Translations under genes and position numbers: made by a program
In this document: positions 14,570 through 20,000 of the stretch, one piece after another
Layout of the letters: each line of letters begins with the position of its first letter
Position numbering within the stretch: position 1 is the first letter of the stretch
Source: an uncultured virus (IMG/VR IMGVR_UViG_3300021602_000281)
Taxonomy: Duplodnaviria > Heunggongvirae > Uroviricota > Caudoviricetes
Reading direction: 5' to 3' (one strand)
IMG/VR virus record: IMGVR_UViG_3300021602_000281
Length of the DNA: 20,000 nucleotides
The notes under the pieces: model-generated
What the model was told of the DNA's origin: nothing
Databases searched by the model: none
Seen by the model: only the letters and a program-made list of their open reading frames with translations

Positions 14570-16322
14570 CGGTACTATAACTAGTGTAGCCATTTTCTTT
14601 TACAACATGCAAGGTATTGTTCACGCGACCGATTAATTCATCCTTGTGCGATACTAGCCAAATTGATTTGTTGGACTCCCGCGACATCTTCTTAAGGATA
14701 GCCAACGAACTTTCAACACCTGAGCTATCGAGGCCTGAGTCGATTAACTCATCGATGAACAATAAGTTAATGGGTTGATATAGACTTTCCCACACATCAC
14801 GGAAACTCCAACTTAGCGATAGGATCAATCTATTTCGTTCACCTCTGCTTAAATTGTCAAAGTCTAAATCTCTGCCTAGCTCAGTGATACTTACCGTCAA
14901 GTCGTTATTAAACTTAATAGTATGTGGCAAACCAATGCGGTCTAAGTATTGTCCAAGTCGTGCATTTAGATAGCTTAGGTTTTGATCGATAATACGTTTA
15001 CGTATAAATGAATCTTTGTTTGTTAACAGTTTAAGCAAGAACTCTTGATGCTCTTTAACATTTGTAAGGTCGTTGATAGTGTCGTATGTGATCTCCTCGA
15101 CACCTTGCTCTTGCATTTCAACAATCTGTTCGGCATATGGATCTTGTTCTGCTATCTTAGATGCCAACTGTTCTACCAAGTTATCAACGCTTGCTTGATG
15201 GTGAATGGCATCGGATTCTTTTGTATAAAACGTTTCGGGCTTGGCCCCTAATTTACCAAGCGATGTAGTGGCATTTATTAATTCTGCAACCAACTCTGAA
15301 TGTGCGTTGGCAGCAGATCTAGCAGTTTCTAATTCTGTCTTCTTGCTATCTAGTACTTGTTCGTGTTTGGTGTCGTGGAACGATTGGCCACATGTGTGAC
15401 ACTGATGATTTTCTAGCGTGGTAATTTCAGCAACTAACTTTGAAACAGTTTTTTCTTCTCGTTGCAAATCCATTTTTGCTCGGCTGGTCGCGCTAGAAAG
15501 ATCGTTTAAATCTTTACGCAATTGTTCCCACACAGCAAGCTCTTTGTGCAATTGTATTTCTTTGATGATATCAATTTTTTGCAATTCCGCTGTTGCATTT
15601 TCAATCTTTGTTATCTCTTCGGCATGCTTAGTAGTCCACAGAGTTTGTCTGCGTTTTAAGGCGTCAATTTGCTCTTGAATACGCACATTTGCGTCGGTAA
15701 CTGCCTTAATACGGAACTCTTCTTGCGTTATAGAGTCTCGGGTTACCTTTGTCTGTTCTTTAAGTTTATCGGCTTTTTCGCTTAGTAATGTGATACCAAG
15801 CAATTGCTCAATGATAGTACGTTGATCATTTGCCCGTAATGCCAGGAATGGTTCTGTATAGGTGTTTAGTGCCACAATGTGCTTGAACATATCGTGACTC
15901 ATGCCCAACATACGTTCTATGTCACCTTGTGTTTCTCTGCTGTCACCTTGTGCATCATCGGTAATTTCTTTTTCTTGATCGCCTACCCAAAACTTCATTA
16001 TGTTGGGTTTACGTCCACGTTCAATACGATAGCTTTGCCCGTCTTTTTCAAAATCAATAGTAACCATCATACCTTTAGTATTGGTTTTATTAATTAAGTT
16101 ATCTTTTTTAATGTTAGTTAGAGCATTGCCGTATAACGCATAGCTTAATGCGTTAATGATAGTAGTTTTACCTGTGCCGTTACGGGCACCAGAATCGTCC
16201 CCACCTAGATCTAAGTTTTCACCTAGCACAAGGGTTAAGTCCTGCCGGTCAAAGTTAACTGCTTGGGTAGTATTACCCACACTCATAAAGTTACGAACGG
16301 TTAAGTCTTTTATTTTAAACAT
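14553..16322 (-). CDS. gp46: Recombination endonuclease ATPase subunit, gp46 (Rad50/SbcC-like)
   Basis: Walker A GARNGTGKTT, coiled coil with CHTC zinc hook, signature LSRGE, Walker B/D-loop LLFIDELIDSGLD, and H-loop VSH. Confidence 0.95.
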   Translation of the reverse strand: MFKIKDLTVRNFMSVGNTTQAVNFDRQDLTLVLGENLDLGGDDSGARNGTGKTTIINALSYALYGNALTNIKKDNLINKTNTKGMMVTIDFEKDGQSYRIERGRKPNIMKFWVGDQEKEITDDAQGDSRETQGDIERMLGMSHDMFKHIVALNTYTEPFLALRANDQRTIIEQLLGITLLSEKADKLKEQTKVTRDSITQEEFRIKAVTDANVRIQEQIDALKRRQTLWTTKHAEEITKIENATAELQKIDIIKEIQLHKELAVWEQLRKDLNDLSSATSRAKMDLQREEKTVSKLVAEITTLENHQCHTCGQSFHDTKHEQVLDSKKTELETARSAANAHSELVAELINATTSLGKLGAKPETFYTKESDAIHHQASVDNLVEQLASKIAEQDPYAEQIVEMQEQGVEEITYDTINDLTNVKEHQEFLLKLLTNKDSFIRKRIIDQNLSYLNARLGQYLDRIGLPHTIKFNNDLTVSITELGRDLDFDNLSRGERNRLILSLSWSFRDVWESLYQPINLLFIDELIDSGLDSSGVESSLAILKKMSRESNKSIWLVSHKDELIGRVNNTLHVVKENGYTSYSTDVDIT

Positions 16323-16331
16323 AGATTTTTA

Positions 16332-17348
16332 TTATAGATTCCTGTATATGTCTAACAACAAGTTTGGGTTATATTGATTACTATCAATAGTGCTCAGTTG
16401 ACTAAACACAATTTGATCCACGCTCTTAAAATCTATGTTACCTTGTATTTCATAATCTGTTAGCTCTGTCGTCTTGGCAGGTATTAGTGTTATCTCTCGA
16501 AGTTTGTAAGTATCAATAAACGTTTCTTTGACAAAAGTAGCTTCTTCGTAGCTGATATCAATGTCCAAGTTTACTCTAACATGCATATTGGGTTTAAGCA
16601 TAACTTCTGTGTGCTTTAATACATCGCTAAGTTGGAATACACGATACATTGGTTGATCGGGCCAAGAATGATATACAGGTTCTTTATCCCATTCTAAAAT
16701 AGTAAGTCCGCGATCGTCGTCCCCTGCGTCTGCATAGTTATGTGGGAAACAATTGCCGATGTATGTTACATTGCGTTGTGTTTGACGTTTATGAAAGTGG
16801 CCTGTAAACACATGCTCAAATCCTTGCATGTCATTGCCCGTGATCTCTCCATGGTCCGGCATAGCAACCATGGCATTCATTAAATACCCGGGCAATTCAA
16901 AGTGCCCAAACATATACTTACCTTTTAGCTTTTTTAACTTTTTGTGGTCGTCCCCAACCAACCAAGGAGCAATAACCACATCGCCGAAAGTAGTCCAATC
17001 GTTACAAATATGGATATTAGATAAGTGCTTTGCCCACTCCACACTTTGTACATCACGCTTGTCGCGATAATACAAATCGTGGTTACCCGGAATGAAGTAT
17101 GTTTGATCAAAGTTTTCATTTAAATGCTCCAATGCCCGCAGGCTGTATCCCAATGTAAGGATGTTAATGCTTGCTCTATTATTATGCCAGTCGCCGAGAA
17201 AGAGAGCAGTCTCGCATCCTTCTTCTCGGGCTTTTGTAGTTGCCCATTTAACGAAGTTCAAACAATCTTCATTGTGCAATGTGCTATTTGATTTCAACCC
17301 AAAATGTATATCTGTAAAGACCGCAGCCTTCTTAAAGAGATTTGTCAT
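16332..17348 (-). CDS. gp47: Recombination endonuclease nuclease subunit, gp47 (Mre11/SbcD-like)
   Basis: Metallophosphoesterase motifs DIHFG, LGDW, GNHD, GH and GHFH, adjacent to gp46. Confidence 0.95.
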   Translation of the reverse strand: MTNLFKKAAVFTDIHFGLKSNSTLHNEDCLNFVKWATTKAREEGCETALFLGDWHNNRASINILTLGYSLRALEHLNENFDQTYFIPGNHDLYYRDKRDVQSVEWAKHLSNIHICNDWTTFGDVVIAPWLVGDDHKKLKKLKGKYMFGHFELPGYLMNAMVAMPDHGEITGNDMQGFEHVFTGHFHKRQTQRNVTYIGNCFPHNYADAGDDDRGLTILEWDKEPVYHSWPDQPMYRVFQLSDVLKHTEVMLKPNMHVRVNLDIDISYEEATFVKETFIDTYKLREITLIPAKTTELTDYEIQGNIDFKSVDQIVFSQLSTIDSNQYNPNLLLDIYRNL

Positions 17349-17354
17349 CTATAT

Positions 17355-17383
17355 AGTATAAACTAAGCAAGTGATAAAATCAA
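17355..17383 (-). promoter_or_regulatory. Sigma70-like promoter for gp47-gp46
   Basis: TTGATT-N17-TATACT on minus, with the -10 element ending 6 nt before the gp47 ATG. Confidence 0.55.
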
Positions 17384-17390
17384 ATTTTAT

Positions 17391-18266
17391 TTACTCATAA
17401 CCACCATCACTGCTGGTTGATATTTTTTGTCCTTGTCGTGTGTAACTTGGCGTTAGGTTATTCATTTCTAAAATATCATCTCTTAGATTTTGATTACGCT
17501 TTTCAATATTAAGAACACGAGTAAAGCTATTAGTGATAGCCGCAGTATAATACGCAAAAGGATTTTGTGATTTTGATTCATCGAATTGCAACCCAATTTG
17601 ACTTAACTGTAGCAAGGCTTGGCTACGCATCTCATCGTTGTAAGTGTATCCGCGCCAATTGGAACGAGTAGCATATCGTTCGCATAGCTTAATAAACATG
17701 TGAGCCAGCTTATTAGTCATTTTTCCGTGCTCTCTAGAAAAAGAGCCAGTTTCTAAATCGCCCTTCCAGTGACTTTTGCCCACTATAACAGGAACGTTAT
17801 TGTCATCGACTCTATAATGATAAAATGGTGGAAAATTACATTTGACATACTTGGTACTACCAGAAATATCAACATCTGCATCATCGTCATATTCACTGTG
17901 CGGTGCACCTTCTTCTTCAAGAAGTTTTACTGCGGCTTTTCGGGATTTAACATCGTCAACAGGAATATGGTCCCATGTCATGATTCGGAAAACAACATCT
18001 GATGCGCTTACATCTTTAAGTTTTACTTCAAATTCATCTAATTTGCGTTTAACGCCATCAACAGCCGCAGCTTCGTGCGCCAGCTTTGCTAGTCGTTCTG
18101 CACGAACTTTTCGGCCTTCTAACAAGTTCTTTTTGTTAATTTTCCCCGCGTCCAACAGTATCATATCATAGTCTGCATCTGCGGGGTTTGGGTAACAACA
18201 ATATGTTGTTTTACTTTTGTGAATTTCTTTTAATATATCTTTGTTGTTTAAATAATTATGGCGCAC
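17391..18266 (-). CDS. gp55: Late-transcription sigma factor, T4 gp55-like
   Basis: HNYLNNKDIL N-terminus and NWRGYTYNDEM...FDESKSQNPFAYYT...F.R.LNIEKR core. gp55-gp47-gp46 synteny. GTG at 18266 has AAGGA SD (ORF track gives 18290). Confidence 0.88.
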   Translation of the reverse strand: MRHNYLNNKDILKEIHKSKTTYCCYPNPADADYDMILLDAGKINKKNLLEGRKVRAERLAKLAHEAAAVDGVKRKLDEFEVKLKDVSASDVVFRIMTWDHIPVDDVKSRKAAVKLLEEEGAPHSEYDDDADVDISGSTKYVKCNFPPFYHYRVDDNNVPVIVGKSHWKGDLETGSFSREHGKMTNKLAHMFIKLCERYATRSNWRGYTYNDEMRSQALLQLSQIGLQFDESKSQNPFAYYTAAITNSFTRVLNIEKRNQNLRDDILEMNNLTPSYTRQGQKISTSSDGGYE

Positions 18267-18290
18267 CTGATAGTCCTTTAAAGTTAGCAC

Positions 18291-18320
18291 ATACTAACAT
18301 ATTTAATTCCGCAAGGTCAA
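18291..18320 (-). promoter_or_regulatory. Sigma70-like promoter upstream of gp55
   Basis: TTGACC-N18-TAGTAT with a TGn extension. A TAAATA also lies in the spacer (18300-18305). Confidence 0.5.
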
Positions 18321-18358
18321 CCTTTTTAAAAAACATTATCTATGCCTATTATTCATCT

Positions 18359-18366
18359 TATAAATA
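18359..18366 (+). promoter_or_regulatory. T4-type late promoter TATAAATA (exact)
   Basis: Exact T4 consensus, 20 nt upstream of ATG 18387. Confidence 0.75.
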
Positions 18367-18386
18367 CTGTATAACCAGGAACGCTT

Positions 18387-19388
18387 ATGCCAGTCTTATC
18401 AAGCACAGATGTACAAACTACTACCCTAGGGGGAACTGTTACTAGATCGTTAATTAACGGTCTTACAGGGCAAGCAGGCAGTACCCGCATGAATTTTGGC
18501 ATGATGCATCATAATTCAATAGGCAATCCTGGATTACTACCAGGATCCGTTAATTTTCCGGCAGCAGAAACAGATTGGCGGGTACGTGTTAGTTTAGCAC
18601 CAAATAGTGATTATTTCACACAAGGTGGATCCAGTGCATTACTATCGCCATTGGACCGTAGTTACGAAAAAGGTCCCAACAACATTGGTAATACTCTTGC
18701 TAATGCAGCAAGTAAATTATTTAAAGGAGCGCCAGCCGCCGCAGGTTCCCCTAAACTCACAGTGATATTTCCGTATACACCAACTATTACTATTACGCAT
18801 ACGGCCAAATACGAGCCACAAAGGTTAACCCACAATAATTATACACAATATTTTTATGATAGTTCCGACGTAGGAGCAATAACTGTTACTGCTAATTTTA
18901 CAGTACAAAATGTTAGAGAAGGACAATATTTGCTGGCAACAATACACTTTTTTAGAACTATTACTAAAATGTTTTTTGGTCTAGATGCTAAAGCCGGAAA
19001 TCCACCACCAATTGTGTATCTAAATGGTTACGGACAATACTATCTACCCAACATACCCTGTGTGGCAACTAGTTTTTCCCATACAATGCCAAACGATGTA
19101 GACTATCTAGATATTCCAGAGCCCGGAATTACCGAAGGAGCAGGGGGATACAGCCCAACGACTAATAGTTATAGATCAAACAGTACACGTATGCCAACTA
19201 ATAGCCAACTAGCCATAACTTTACAACCCGTATATAGTCGATTAGCACAGAGCCAAGGGTTTAGTTTAGAATCGTTTTCACAAGGTGCATTAATTAATCG
19301 AGTAGGCGCCGCAGGTGCCGCGTGGAGCGGTGGCGCAAGCGCAGGTGTTGGCACAATTAATAACAGTAAAAATGGTGGGTTTATTTAA
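18387..19388 (+). CDS. Putative baseplate / tail-tube initiator protein
   Basis: 333 aa under a late promoter. The FPYTPTITI...Y...THNNY and PPPIVYLNGYG segments resemble tube-initiator type proteins, and it is directly upstream of the gp53-like gene. Confidence 0.55.
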   Translation: MPVLSSTDVQTTTLGGTVTRSLINGLTGQAGSTRMNFGMMHHNSIGNPGLLPGSVNFPAAETDWRVRVSLAPNSDYFTQGGSSALLSPLDRSYEKGPNNIGNTLANAASKLFKGAPAAAGSPKLTVIFPYTPTITITHTAKYEPQRLTHNNYTQYFYDSSDVGAITVTANFTVQNVREGQYLLATIHFFRTITKMFFGLDAKAGNPPPIVYLNGYGQYYLPNIPCVATSFSHTMPNDVDYLDIPEPGITEGAGGYSPTTNSYRSNSTRMPTNSQLAITLQPVYSRLAQSQGFSLESFSQGALINRVGAAGAAWSGGASAGVGTINNSKNGGFI

Positions 19389-19687
19389 TGGCAACTTATT
19401 CTCGTTCTAGTCCCTATAGTAATACCCAAACGTGGGGACCTTTTCTTGATGTGTGGAAAAGCGTTATTATTCCGCCTCACGCAACTGACGCAATATATCA
19501 AATCGATCAGCCGTACAATCTAAGACCAGATATATTGGCGTATGACATGTATAAAGATGTTGGCCTTTGGTGGGTGTTTGCTGTAAGAAACCCAGACGTG
19601 CTATTAGACCCGTTGTTGGATTTTACGACAAATAAAATTATATATGTGCCAACACAAAAAGTTGTACAACAAGCGATTGGATTGTAA
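19388..19687 (+). CDS. Baseplate wedge protein, gp53-like (LysM-like)
   Basis: RPDILAYDMYKDVGLWWVFAVRNP...IYVP is typical of gp53/LysM-like wedge subunits. TAATG overlap with the upstream gene. Confidence 0.75.
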   Translation: MATYSRSSPYSNTQTWGPFLDVWKSVIIPPHATDAIYQIDQPYNLRPDILAYDMYKDVGLWWVFAVRNPDVLLDPLLDFTTNKIIYVPTQKVVQQAIGL

Positions 19688-19690
19688 TTA

Positions 19691-20000
19691 ATGGCCGCCA
19701 CATACTACGATGAGTCGCCTCCGCCAAGTGGAACATTTGTAATGCCGCCGGGAGGCAGATTAGCAACAGAGGCAGAATCTTTTAATTCTACGACCCAACT
19801 AACTCAAGGAGGAGAGCAATTAACAACAGCCGCTGGCGCAACGTTAATGTATACCAACACCAATGTGCCGGTTTGGGTAGTACTACCACCTACAACTGCT
19901 GGGACTATTAACACTGGAGTTAATACCAATGGAACAAGTAGTGGAACTAAAAACTTATTATCTGCAATAACACCAATTGGAAGTGGCACTACTATTAGAG
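19691..20000 (+). CDS. 5' part of a further baseplate-region protein (runs off window)
   Basis: ATG at 19691, 3 nt after the previous stop, open to the window end (MAATYYDESPPPSGTFVMPPGG...). Not listed in the ORF track. Confidence 0.65.
   Translation, partial: MAATYYDESPPPSGTFVMPPGGRLATEAESFNSTTQLTQGGEQLTTAAGATLMYTNTNVPVWVVLPPTTAGTINTGVNTNGTSSGTKNLLSAITPIGSGTTIR

Noticed and set aside
260..19989. Numerous short ORFs antisense to or nested in the main genes (e.g. 260..475, 3270..3566, 7661..8005, 11050..11265, 12501..12830, 17842..18171, 19804..19989)
   Set aside because: They overlap well-supported genes on the opposite strand or frame and lack SD sites or recognisable motifs, so they are treated as shadow ORFs.
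1..20000. Stop-codon reassignment as in some large phages
   Set aside because: All conserved genes are full length in the standard code, and TAG serves as a genuine stop (e.g. 106-108).

Overview
This window is part of a T4-like (myovirus-type) bacteriophage genome, read in the standard genetic code. The minus strand carries the head module (portal gp20, two putative prohead-core proteins, protease gp21, scaffold gp22, major capsid gp23, then three virion-type proteins) and a tape-measure-like protein with an embedded M15-type peptidase motif. It also carries the gp55 late sigma / gp47 / gp46 block, followed by two tandem radical SAM genes and a GIY-YIG nuclease. The plus strand carries gp26-like and gp51-like tail/baseplate assembly genes, a small membrane protein and the start of a baseplate cluster. 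A TAAATA late-promoter motif precedes most structural genes, and two C(UUCG)G terminators are present. The two most notable signals are: (1) a ~560 nt ORF-free stretch directly downstream of the GIY-YIG gene, of which ~410 nt is densely structured, with minus-strand G-U pairs, a GNRA loop and a 7-bp pseudoknot, making it a candidate large ncRNA; (2) a T-TTT-TTC slippery heptamer that would fuse the gp26-like ORF to the next ORF by a -1 frameshift, as in tail-assembly chaperones. All protein assignments come from recognised motifs and synteny, not from database searches.
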